Positions 36,001-47,100 of a stretch of 60,143 nucleotides of DNA are shown here, piece after piece. The number at the start of each line of letters is the position of its first letter. The first letter of the stretch is position 1. A program made the position numbers and the translations under genes. The notes beneath the pieces were generated by a model. It ran no database searches. It had not been told where the DNA came from and saw nothing but the letters and a program-made list of their open reading frames with translations. The stretch is from Coniocarpon cinnabarinum (lineage: Eukaryota): positions 62,001 through 122,143 of the forward strand of contig JAVECO010000056.1 of the NCBI GenBank assembly GCA_051942205.1. The letters are read 5' to 3'.

Positions 36001-37850
36001 TACCAAACAGCCTGGAATGTTTGCCGCGACGAGCAGAGAAAGAGAACATCGATTAGTTGCGGGCCTGCAGGAGCAAAAAGAAACTGTGGGATGATCTTCA
36101 TCAAGCGTGCGTCAATGATCTCACTAACTGCGGTCTCCGAGCTCATTCCCGTCATATTTCCGTTATCTAGAGCAGCCAAAATGCAACCTACCGCGCCAAA
36201 TGGTTTGCCTTCTCTAGACTCAAGCACATCAACGCCTTCCTTCAAAATTATCACTGTTGATGAAGTGAAGGTTTCACAAAGCTGCGTTGAGATATGCACA
36301 TCTGAAACGCGGCCCTGTAAACCGAAGAGGCGCGTCCCTTGATTCTGAACCTCTCTCTGGGATTTTTCGAAGTCCTTCGATTGAGCTGGCAAGGATGTTT
36401 GCAAGTCTTGCAACAGTAGTTGTGTCATATTATGCCATTCCTCTCCTGCCACATTTTGCATGGGCTCACTCTTCAGAGCCTCAGTGAGAATCTGAAGGGC
36501 CTCATCTCGGGACAAACCGTCCAACATCGAATCTGAGCCAAGTCGAACATATTCGCGAACAAGAGCAAAGCCGTTAGACTTGATCAGCAAGTCTCTCTCC
36601 AGAGGTGCGATGTTTTCACAAAGTCTGTTCAAAGCCTTGAAGTAGCATCGCCACGCTGACGTATGGTTTGCTCTCGGCTCATCCTTTCTCTTTATGCCAG
36701 ATTTGATGGCTTCAACGATGCCTTCCGCCTCCACAGACTGACGCGGCAGTGCATCGTCTGGCAGGGCGTCGAACAGTTGTGAGAGATTTGCCCAAAATTG
36801 GGAGCTGCCTATTTGCGAACCATGCTTGCAAATACTTTGGAGAGTTTCTGCAGACTTTTCCAGAGCCATTATGCTAGATTCATTATTGATGACAAGGGTC
36901 AGAGACTCTACAAATAGATGTGAAGTCCCGGTCTGATTCCGGATCGTGCGCTTGGACGTTAAATGCCTTGCGATCTGGGTTATGTGTTGCATAATGCCCG
37001 CTCTCAGCTGAATGAAGCACACTTTAATGAAGCCGAAAATAGCGCGACGGGCCGAGCTATCACCATGGGCAAGCAGAGCCAACATCTTCTCCGAAGAACA
37101 CAGACTCACATAGTCTTTCTGATGTACGTCCGCCTCTTCGGGACCAAGAATATGCAACATTTCCGAGATCGACTGGATACCGCTTGAGGCTACGCGATTA
37201 TACACTCCTTCAGCGTCTTCAGGTAACGTGCTCTTGGGATCACTTAAAGAGTCTTTGGTCTCATTTTCAATCAAATCGCTTCCGAAAGCAAGTATCTGTG
37301 GCTGATAAGCCTTGCGCAGGTTTTTCTGTTTCTCTGGCGAGCCAAACATCGATTGCAAGCCATCATGGGCTGCGCGCATGACCGCGCGGTCACCATCATG
37401 AAGGCCCGCAAGCCAAGCCGGCGCCAGAAAAGGCATATGTTTTGCAATACGTTTCCCAATTGTTTTGGCTACAGCTTTTTGAAGGGCAAACGAGGATTGC
37501 CTCACCCTTCTAGAGACATCGATGGACAGGCGAGGGAATACTTTGACCCAAGCTTCGAGAAAGCCATCCTCGAGAGGCGCTTGCTCTTGATTCTGCGCTG
37601 TCACATACGCAATAAGATCATCGAGAGCCTTCGACTTGGTCGTGCCGTCTTTTTTAGACAAATTCTTGAAATGAACAGCGACGTTGGGATCTGTCAAGGA
37701 GGAGAGATCAGGCTGTTCAGCTAGATATGATATGGCCGAGGATGCAGAACCAAAGGAAGACCCAATCGATGCTCCGAAACCGAAAGCTGTGTTGCTGCTT
37801 GATCCTGCGCGCGTACTGCTAGCCGTGCTTTTAGATTGTTGGTCTTTCAT
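33009..37850 (-). CDS. RKR1: E3 ubiquitin-protein ligase listerin (ribosome quality control), 1613 aa, intronless
   Basis: N-terminal [16 protein letters not shown] and a HEAT/ARM-type body. RWD-like [9 protein letters not shown]. C-terminal RING [9 protein letters not shown]...[29 protein letters not shown]. Confidence 0.96.
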   Translation of the reverse strand: [1613 protein letters not shown]

Positions 37851-38333
37851 GGCTTGGGTAGATGAAGCGGAATGGTTGAGGTCACATCTTTGAGGGCGAC
37901 AACATTGATATCGAACGCGCGTCAGCCCTTGCTATGTCCATGCAATATGTTCCAGCTCTATTGGTCTGGCTGAATGTCCAGTGGAGTGCTTGGCGGCGTC
38001 TGTAAGTGAGATGCAATAAAATTATTGAATGAGATGACGCATCTACGGCAGCGCTAGGCTAGATTGGGTCATTTCAGATTGCGCTAGCTTAGATTAGACT
38101 GGCGTAACGTTTAACGGTCGTTCAAGACAGGGTATCTGTCTCCAAATTCCTTTCTCTTTTCTCCTCATCTAGATGGATTTCACCACCCGGAACCTCTGCG
38201 CCAGCTGTCGCCTATGTAGCTAAGCTATATCCATTGACAAATTTGTCGCTCCGAGCACGCTGGTCACCTCGCAGCTCACGGTGTCGCATTTGGATGGGTC
38301 CTGCAACAGCTCGGGGGATCCAACATTGACAAC

Positions 38334-40712
38334 ATGAAGTTTTTCATAGACGAGCTCGAAGTCCTCTTCCCCTATCCCCGCATCTACCCTGAGCAATATG
38401 CCTACATGTGCGATCTCAAACGCACGCTCGATGCCGGGGGCCATTGCGTCCTGGAAATGCCTTCAGGGACAGGCAAAACGATTTCTCTGTTATCTCTTAT
38501 TGTAGCGTTCCAAATGCATTCCGCGGAACCGCGCAAATTAATATATTGCTCCCGTACCATGTCGGAGATCGAGAAAGCTCTGGCGGAGTTGAAGGCATTG
38601 ATGAAGTATCGTACTGATCAGCTTGGAGCGGAAGAAGACTTTCGCGGTCTTGGCCTGACCAGCCGGAAGAACTTGTGCTTACATCCGTCCGTCAGACGCG
38701 AGAAGTCAGGCAATGTAGTTGACGCTCGGTGTCGTAGCTTGACAGCTGGCTTCGTGCGAGAGAAAAAGGAGCGTGGAGAGGATGTGGACTCTTGCGTCTA
38801 CCATGACAACCTTGACTTATTGGAGGCGCACAACTTGATCCCACCTGGCGTTTGGACGCTTGAGGGTCTAATGCGCTATGGAGAGGAGAAGAAACAATGC
38901 CCTTACTTCACCGCCCGTCGAATGATGTCGTTTTGTAATGTCATGATCTATTCCTACCATTACCTTCTTGACCCCAAAATCGCCGAGCGCGTTTCGCGTG
39001 AGCTCTCTAAAGACTGCATTGTTGTATTTGACGAGGCGCACAATATTGACAACGTCTGCATCGAATCCCTATCCATTGACATTGGCGAAGATTCACTGCG
39101 CAAAGCTACGCGTGGCGCCGACAATCTAGAGCGCAAGGTGGAGCAGATGAAGGAAACAGATAAGGAGAAGCTGCAGTCCGAATACTCAAAATTAGTAGAA
39201 GGACTGCGCGAAACAGGCCGAGCACAGGAGGAAGATCAGTTCATGGCTAACCCGGTTCTTCCCGCCGACCTCGTCCAAGAAGCGGTGCCTGGTAACATTC
39301 GACGCGCAGAACACTTCATTGCTTTCCTGAAGCGTTTTGTCGAATACCTCAAGACGCGCATGAAAGTTCTACACGTCATCTCCGAAACCCCTCAGTCTTT
39401 TCTAAACCATCTCAAAGAACTCACCTTCATCGAGAAGAAGCCTCTTCGCTTCTGCGCCGAACGTCTGACATCTCTTGTCCGCACCTTAGAGCTCACGGAC
39501 ATTGAGGACTATCAGCCTCTGCAAGAGATTGCCACCTTCGCTACCCTCGTTGCAACCTATGATACTGGATTCAAACTCATACTTGAGCCCTATGAGTCCG
39601 AAAATGCGACCGTCCCAAACCCCATCCTCCACTTTACTTGTCTCGATGCCGCAATCGCGATCAAACCAGTATTCGACCGCTTTTCCTCGGTGATCATAAC
39701 ATCCGGTACTATATCTCCACTTGACATGTACCCGAAGATGCTTGCTTTTCCAACAGTCGTGCAGGAGTCCTATGCTATGACACTTGCTCGACGCTCTTTC
39801 TTACCTATGATTGTCACACGCGGCGCGGACCAGTCTACGATATCCTCTGGCTTCCAGGTTCGCAATGATCCTTCAAATGTACGCAACTACGGTCAGCTAC
39901 TCATTGAACTGAGTCGCATCACTCCTGACGGACTCGTGGTATTCTTTCCGAGCTACTTATACATGGAGAGCATCATCAGCATGTGGCAGTCCATGGGAAC
40001 GCTCGACGAGGTGTGGAAGCACAAGTTGATTCTCGTCGAGACACCAGACTCCCAGGAAACAAGTCTCGCCCTTGAAACGTATAGGACTGCATGCAGCAAC
40101 GGACGAGGGGCAGTGTTGCTCTGCGTGGCGCGCGGAAAAGTTAGCGAGGGGATAGATTTCGATCATCATTATGGCCGAACCGTGTTATGTATTGGGGTTC
40201 CATTCCAATACACAGAATCAAGAATCCTGAAAGCAAGATTGGAGTTCCTGCGAGATAACTATCGAATTAGAGAAAACGACTTCCTCTCCTTCGATGCGAT
40301 GCGACACGCCGCGCAGTGCTTAGGACGTGTTCTACGAGGCAAAGACGACTACGGAATCATGATACTTGCAGACCGCCGGTTCGGCAAACGTCGGACACAG
40401 CTCCCAAAGTGGATCGCTCAAGCAATGAGCGAGGCTGATGTAAACTTGAGCGTGGACATGGCGGTGTCTGCTGCGAAGCGGTTCTTGCGGATCTTGGCCC
40501 AGCCATACGAGCGAGATGATGATCTCGGCGGCAGTGGAGGTGGCGGGCAGGCAGAACGAGGCGGCGCCGTGAAGAGTAGCTGGGGCGAGCGAGAGCTGGC
40601 TGCGTATCAGAAGAAGAGTGGGCAGGTATTCGTGAGTGAAATGGAGGTCGTGCCTGAGGATGGGATGGAAGATGGGCTTGAGGACGCAGAGATGTTGGAT
40701 GTAGCTGCCTGA
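38334..40712 (+). CDS. RAD3: TFIIH DNA helicase XPD/Rad3, 792 aa, intronless
   Basis: FPYPRIYPEQ, Walker A EMPSGTGKT, Fe-S cysteines (LCLH, ARC, SC, QCPY), DEAH box, SEGIDF and QCLGRVLRGKDDYG. Confidence 0.98.
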   Translation: MKFFIDELEVLFPYPRIYPEQYAYMCDLKRTLDAGGHCVLEMPSGTGKTISLLSLIVAFQMHSAEPRKLIYCSRTMSEIEKALAELKALMKYRTDQLGAEEDFRGLGLTSRKNLCLHPSVRREKSGNVVDARCRSLTAGFVREKKERGEDVDSCVYHDNLDLLEAHNLIPPGVWTLEGLMRYGEEKKQCPYFTARRMMSFCNVMIYSYHYLLDPKIAERVSRELSKDCIVVFDEAHNIDNVCIESLSIDIGEDSLRKATRGADNLERKVEQMKETDKEKLQSEYSKLVEGLRETGRAQEEDQFMANPVLPADLVQEAVPGNIRRAEHFIAFLKRFVEYLKTRMKVLHVISETPQSFLNHLKELTFIEKKPLRFCAERLTSLVRTLELTDIEDYQPLQEIATFATLVATYDTGFKLILEPYESENATVPNPILHFTCLDAAIAIKPVFDRFSSVIITSGTISPLDMYPKMLAFPTVVQESYAMTLARRSFLPMIVTRGADQSTISSGFQVRNDPSNVRNYGQLLIELSRITPDGLVVFFPSYLYMESIISMWQSMGTLDEVWKHKLILVETPDSQETSLALETYRTACSNGRGAVLLCVARGKVSEGIDFDHHYGRTVLCIGVPFQYTESRILKARLEFLRDNYRIRENDFLSFDAMRHAAQCLGRVLRGKDDYGIMILADRRFGKRRTQLPKWIAQAMSEADVNLSVDMAVSAAKRFLRILAQPYERDDDLGGSGGGGQAERGGAVKSSWGERELAAYQKKSGQVFVSEMEVVPEDGMEDGLEDAEMLDVAA

Positions 40713-40806
40713 ATAAAAGTCGAGACCCATCTCCAGAGTCTTTTTCACAGCAGCTGTACATAGTTTAAAGAAGCCAGTCTGGCATTGCGACCGGATCATG
40801 CAGACG

Positions 40807-41144
40807 CTAACTCCCAGCCCATTGCACGTAACCAGTGACGACTGCGCCGCAAAATGCACCTATCAATAGGCCCCTTACAATAAACCGCAGCTGTTGTCGC
40901 CAAGGGTTGAGAGCGAAGCCATATCCTATGACTATCCCATAGAGGAAAAGGAGCCATGCAAAACCAGCCATCTTCCACCAGCTCCACCATGTCTCGTTGG
41001 AGCCATTGCGGAATCTAGGTCAGTCGTCAACAAACACGCTATGCGACTGTGAGATTCACTGGACTGAGCGCACGCATGAAGAAGTCGAACGTGCTGGGTG
41101 GAGGGTCTTGCACGAGCCTCGTATGGAGGAGGTGGATCGTCCAT
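40807..41144 (-). CDS. Small PPxY-motif two-transmembrane protein, ~92 aa (spliced)
   Basis: Exon 41144-41074 (MDDPPPPYE...). A 59-nt intron 41073-41015 (GTGCGC, ACTGAC, TAG). Exon 41014-40807 encodes WWSWWKMAGFAWLLFLYGIVIGYGF...LLIGAFCGAVVTGY. Total 279 nt in frame. Confidence 0.6.
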
Positions 41145-41607
41145 CGCTTCAGAATGAATCATGCGACACTAAGCTGAGAGTTGGTCATCTCCCAGATGAA
41201 CGCACTGATACTCCTGTGTGAGATGCGCCCCTATTCCCAATCGCAGCACAAGCTTTACACCGCGCGATCAGCTCTGAATGTTGTCAATACAAGAACCCAT
41301 TCTGAATGTCAGCCTTTGTAGGGATGAAAAGGCATGACGCTGTACTGCAGTCCCCTCAGTGACGGCGTCTGCCTTGGTGGAACAAGTACATTGCGCGGAC
41401 TTTTGATGTTCCGTAGGGGTGATCACGTCCTACCATGTTTAGTATAGATAGGTAGCTCATCGCGATCCTTAAGTCCACAGGTACCTGTCCTAACTACGTA
41501 GTTCGCCTAGGCATTGTGTTGCAGGAAGTCGAAGTACTCGATTGAATCGCTTAGAGCCATATCTGCTGTGCGTTCACGAAATGCGATTGCTGCTGTCAAC
41601 ACAAGGC

Positions 41608-43532
41608 TCATTCACTCAGTCGGACTCTACATCCGTCTGCAGGGTACATTGTGATGGTGATGATTTGTCTCTCCTCTCCCGGCGGTACGACCTTTTCATC
41701 GTGTGGTAGTTCAGCCCGAGGAAATGTCTGAACAATCCTCGCAGTCACGTATGATGTCTCTAGCAGTGCGAACTCCTCTGGAACAGTGTCACAAGATTAG
41801 CAAAGTCATCGATGAACGTAGAAAAGAGCACATACGGCCAAGACATATCCGTGGGCCTCCATTGAAAGGCAGATAACCCCACCCGATTTTTTCGTGGAGT
41901 GTACCATCCTCCCATCGTTCTGGTTTAAATCTATGGTCAAGAGATCAGTTTGTGTCGGTCCGTATTCACGTTCTACTACCGGAAACTTACTCGTGGGCGT
42001 CCTCGCCATACAGATCCTTTCTTCTATGCATAAAGTAGGGGGAGTAGCCAAGTCCTCGATACTTTGGGACCAGAAGCGGAGATTTCCCGTCCTTCCCGCC
42101 GCCTTGGGGTAACACGGTGGCATTGCCCGCCTCCCTGATGTTGATCGGCACCAATGGGTACAAGCGAAGGGCTTGCAGAGCATGATCATTAGAGACAGAT
42201 AAGCTGCAAGGTCGGAAAACAACTTACTCTCTGTGATCACACATTTCAACCATGGCATCTTCTGGATTTTCGACTTGTCAACTTGGGCGTCGTCGCCCAT
42301 AACAGATTCGACCTCTTTTCTCAAGCGGGCCAGCACATCCGGATGTCGGACGAGCAAGCGGCTAGAGCCGTGTGAGCGTAATGTTCCGATAGAACGCTCG
42401 CGAGGGCCATCACTTACAAGACGTACGCCATGAGACCTGCCGTGGTATCTCGGCCTGCAAGCAGTACGTTGACAAGCTGCTCTCGCACTAGACGTCGGTC
42501 GTTCAGCTCATCATAAAGAGACGTGATGAATTCGTATTTGTTCTGTCCCACGCCTCTACTCGCTCGATCGTCTGTTTCATGTCAACATCAGTGCACTCCA
42601 ACGTCAATTAGCACATCAACCCACCCAGGGCTTTCTTCACCCAATGATCGGCATAGGCTCTGACACTATCACACGCCTTATAGAAATGCGGGAAACAGAC
42701 CAGCCAATACAGATAAGCAAGTGCGATGCGGATCGCGCTCCACCACGAAGCTTTGTTGAGATTCTTGCCAAAATCGTCACTGGAGCCCTCCTGTAGGGTT
42801 TCTGCCGATTCGCCAAAAAGCAGGGACGTGGTAGTGTCCATGGTAAAGTTCTGAAACAGCGGGAACAGATCCAAGACCTGATCCTTGTGTTGACACAGAC
42901 GATTGATGAGCAGCTCCACGTGGTCACGAAAGACCTCGAGATTGTTGTACTGGATGCGCACAAACTGCTTGCGCACCAGTTCGCGCGAGTGTTTCCAAGC
43001 ACTTCCGTCTTGCGTGAAGAGACCCTCACCGAACAAGGGCAACAACGCGTTTCTCCGCTGACCATAGACAAAATCTGGTGGAGATGAGCAGGGACGTCGG
43101 CGCGTGCAAGAGGTTTGTTGCTCACCGAGTTCGCCCTTTCTATACTTTGAAGGCGACAAGATGGTTTTGATATTCTCAGGGTCTACAGTCACGGTTCCCT
43201 CATTTCCAAGCATGCGCAGCTCGAAGGTGGGGCCGGCGTCATCCACCCAAGGCTGCATGTGCGTCAAGAGACGTCCCTCAGAGATGGCGACTATGAACTT
43301 CAAGACGAATCTCATCCCCAAGGACCACCCACCACCAAGAGCATTTTGGACGGGAAGGCAGCCTTGTTCGCTGGCGAATGCACTCTCGGACTGTTGTCGC
43401 GACTGAACGCCTATCAGTCAGCACAGGACAGACTGACACCGCCTCTGCATACCAACCCACCCATTTCTGCCATGTACTCCAGGCGAAAGTGCTTACGATG
43501 ACAAGCAGTACTAGTAACAGTGGCGGATCCAT
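41608..43532 (-). CDS. Cytochrome P450, CYP52 clan (alkane/fatty-acid hydroxylase-like), multi-exon
   Basis: N-terminal anchor; TVDPENIKTIL; PLFGEGLFTQDGSAWKHSR; I-helix LLAGRDTTA; ExLRLYP; heme motif YLPFNGGPRICLGQEFAL (split by an intron). Confidence 0.93.
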
Positions 43533-44130
43533 GACAAGACTTAGCTCTCGCTGAGCATACCAAGGCCTCCAAGACAGCAGTGAGACAGAGGCGAGGCAAC
43601 GCCCTCGCGCGTGCAGTCGACGCGCAAGCTCTCCCTCTCTCTCTCACTGATTCAAAGGGGCGATGACCATGCAAATAAAGTCAATGTGGGCCGGCAGATG
43701 GACAGGCGACCGGGAGACGTTGCCTCCCTCTCGCCAGGCTGCGCAGACCCCGCCGCGACGCCCCTTCCGCCCCTCCGCCCCATATGGGCTAACGTCTCGA
43801 CTGGGGCTAGGCAGGGCACGTGATTGGATGCCCCCTCCACGCGAAGATTATCGCGTGGATGCCTCGCCCCGCAACGCGTCGCCCACCCTCCCAACAGGCA
43901 ACCAAGGATTGTTCGCCGACCCGCGGCCGCAGATTAGATTCCGGGTCCTGGCTGGTGCCGCCTATACGCAGCACGCACCCAGGCGCCATGAGCGCGCTAG
44001 AAGTTGGCATGCCTCCCCGCGCAAGTCCACCAACACTGACTCTCTGACCCCCGGCCGCTCGCTTGGGCCTCAAACTGCTCTGCTCAATGTTTGAACCCTC
44101 TCTCCTACACCTCTCTCAAGCCTCGGGCGC

Positions 44131-47100
44131 ATGGCAGAGCCTTTTTCGACAGCAGCGGCCGCCGTGGGCGTTGCCGACGTGGCCGTTCGCGCCAGCAAAT
44201 ATGTTAAGAAGATCGCCAAGACTACCAAGCATCTTGACAAGGAAGTTGACGCGCTTGAGGCTGAAATCGACAAGTTCAACAACGTATTCATTGCCTTGTC
44301 GGAGCTGTGCAACAAACACATCGTTCAGGCCGCAGCCGATTTAAATACGGGTTCACAAAATCCATGCAGCGCTCTTTGGAGACGAGCTGCGGAGCTCATC
44401 CGGGAAGGCAAGAACCTCGTAGAGAAACTAGAGGATCTGCTGAAGTCAGTCCTTGGCGACGAGGACTCGGCGAGGTTCCAAAAGGTGGACGACCTCCGCA
44501 AGGCTTTCAGAATGGTAGCCAAGAACAGCCAGTACGACAAAGTGCGCAGCCGCTTCTCAAAGCTCAACGCCGAGCTTAACATGATGCTCAACGCAATCCA
44601 GCTGTGAGTCAGCCTACCACGAGCCGATGCATGCAACTAATGTTCATTAAGAGTTTCGGACGAGCTCCATCGGTCACAGCTAACGCAGTCGATGGAGGAG
44701 CTGCCTGCTAAGATTGCTCAGGAGCTCCTTGTGCAGCTGAAAGGTAGCATTGATGTCCTCGACAAAACAGATCCCAGCGTTGGTCGACCGATGAAATGGC
44801 CATTGACGCACTTGCTGACCGCGTGTGTAGCTTCAACCGTCCATCAAGTCTGCCCGGGCCGCCATTCAATATTCGTCACTAAACAAGTTCTTCGACGTGC
44901 GCGACGCTGATGTAAGCGACTGGACTGGACGTCAGCGGTACTTAGATGAGCTGCGAGACTCCCTCTTGGGCAGTAAGTCCGTTGATGTCAAGATCCAAAA
45001 ACGATTCATCGTCCATGGCATCGCGGGTGCTGGCAAAACACAGTTTGCTACTAAGTTTGCCAGCGATTACAGAGAAAGGTAAGTGGCCTTCAACCCGTTA
45101 GCAGGCTTTGCTGACCAAGATTTCGTTACAGCTTCTGGGGAGTCTTCTTGGTCGATGCGTCCAATCCTGAAAGCGCTATTGAGTCTTGGAAAAAAATCGC
45201 AAAGATGGGCGGTCGAGATGCTCTCGAAGAGGCTGGTAAAGACTGGCTGTCAAATTCTACAGCGCCCTGGCTTCTGATCGTCGATAACGCAGACACGTTT
45301 GAAGAGACTCTGGTAAAGCAATTTCCTCCTGGAGACCGGGGCTGTGTTCTCGTTACTACGCGCAACCGTAAGTTGAAGACTAAAGGTACTGCGGGGCACC
45401 TAGCACTCGATAAAATGGAAGAAGATGAAGCAGACGAGCTGTTGCGCAAAATAACGCAGCATGAGCCTTGGGATGACGCAGCGAAACGGTACGCCGCAGA
45501 AATTGCGAGGCTCCTGGAATATTTACCACTTGCTCTCAGACAAGCAGGCAAGGCGATCTATCACCAGCTCTGCACACTATCCACATACCTTTCATATTTT
45601 AACCGCCATCTGGAAGACTGGGAGTCCAAAAAGGACGTATTCGTTAGGGAAAAGAGGTCTGACGAAATGGGCGAAACGGGTCCTTTCATGACGTTTGAGG
45701 TTATTTACGAAGGCCTTCAAAATAAAGCTAAGCTCGGAACGATGGAATCACAAAGACACCATGACGCTGTTGAGCTACTAAACATGTTCGCGTTCTTGCA
45801 CAACAACGACATATGCCTTGAGATACTAACAAAAGCCGGGAAGAATATTTTCGACCTTGCGGAGACTGAGAACAGTAAAACCCTTGATCAAGATACCGAG
45901 CCGGCGCCACCTCCGAAAACGTACCTAGAACAGATTCAAAAGTGGGCGCTGGCAGTCGTGATGAAATTGCAGAGACCAAAGCCTGTGCTGCCTTCAGTCC
46001 TTCGCGGAGCCGACATGAAACAATTTGACGAGGTTCGGGCACGACTCGCCATCAATCTGTTGGTTCGGATGTCGCTCGTATCCGAGAATTCAACAAGAGG
46101 CAGCTTCTCAATGCACCCACTCATTCACCTGTGGGCTCGAAAGCGGCTCGAGCCTGTTTCTGCTCAGGCTCTGTGGTGTGAGACCGCTGCCAACGTTTTG
46201 GCAGGTTCGGTCAAGCTTCCACCGCTTGTTGACGAGATAGGAGACCAGGACTATTACCTTCGGATAATTCCACACGTCAATCACGTTCAATACATGAAAA
46301 TGGACGTAAAGACGCAACTACAATGCAATCGGCAGCAGCAAGGTGCACTACGGCGCTTGTTACCTTTTCGAACTCCGCCTCATATTACAGTGCTGGAAGC
46401 TTGGAACAAGGCTAGGTATGGGCGCGTCTATCTGCAGTGTACTAAGTTCAAAGAGGCTCGAGAATTGATGCGAGCTGTTTTGGACTTTGTCATTAGCCTC
46501 GTTGGACCAGAGCATCCCCTTTGTGTGCGCATCCAAATGCCGTTGGCGACTACCGAATGGCATCTTGGAAACACCGGGGAAGCTCAAAAATTGCAGGAAG
46601 ACGCACTCCGTATCTGTCGTGCGGAGTTTGGCGATGAGCACTCACAGACTTTGAAGATCACAGATGCTCTTGGACACACTCTGTGGCAACGGGGCAAGCT
46701 GACCCAAGCAAAGATATATCACAAAGATGTCATCAAGGGTTTAGAAGGCAGACCTGAGCTCCTTCGAGAGAAGGCAATGGCCATGGTGCACCTTGGCCAT
46801 GTACAGATTTGGTACGTCCGCATTTTGCCCAAGCTACTGCCGCATATGGGTTTGCGCTGGGTATTTTTACCCGCATCTCTGACCCAGAAAAACATCGTAT
46901 TCGTATTTTATATGCTGACCTACTTGATGCGAAGGTACTGGGAGATCGAGTCAGCTCGTGCCTTGTATCAAGAGGCCGCCGAAATTCTCGAGGAGGAGTT
47001 CTCTGACGATGACGACGATTGCCTGGAGGCCGTCTGCGCTCTTGGCATGGCACATTTTTATCTCGGCGGACAGCATGCCAGCTTGGAACACATGCAGCGC

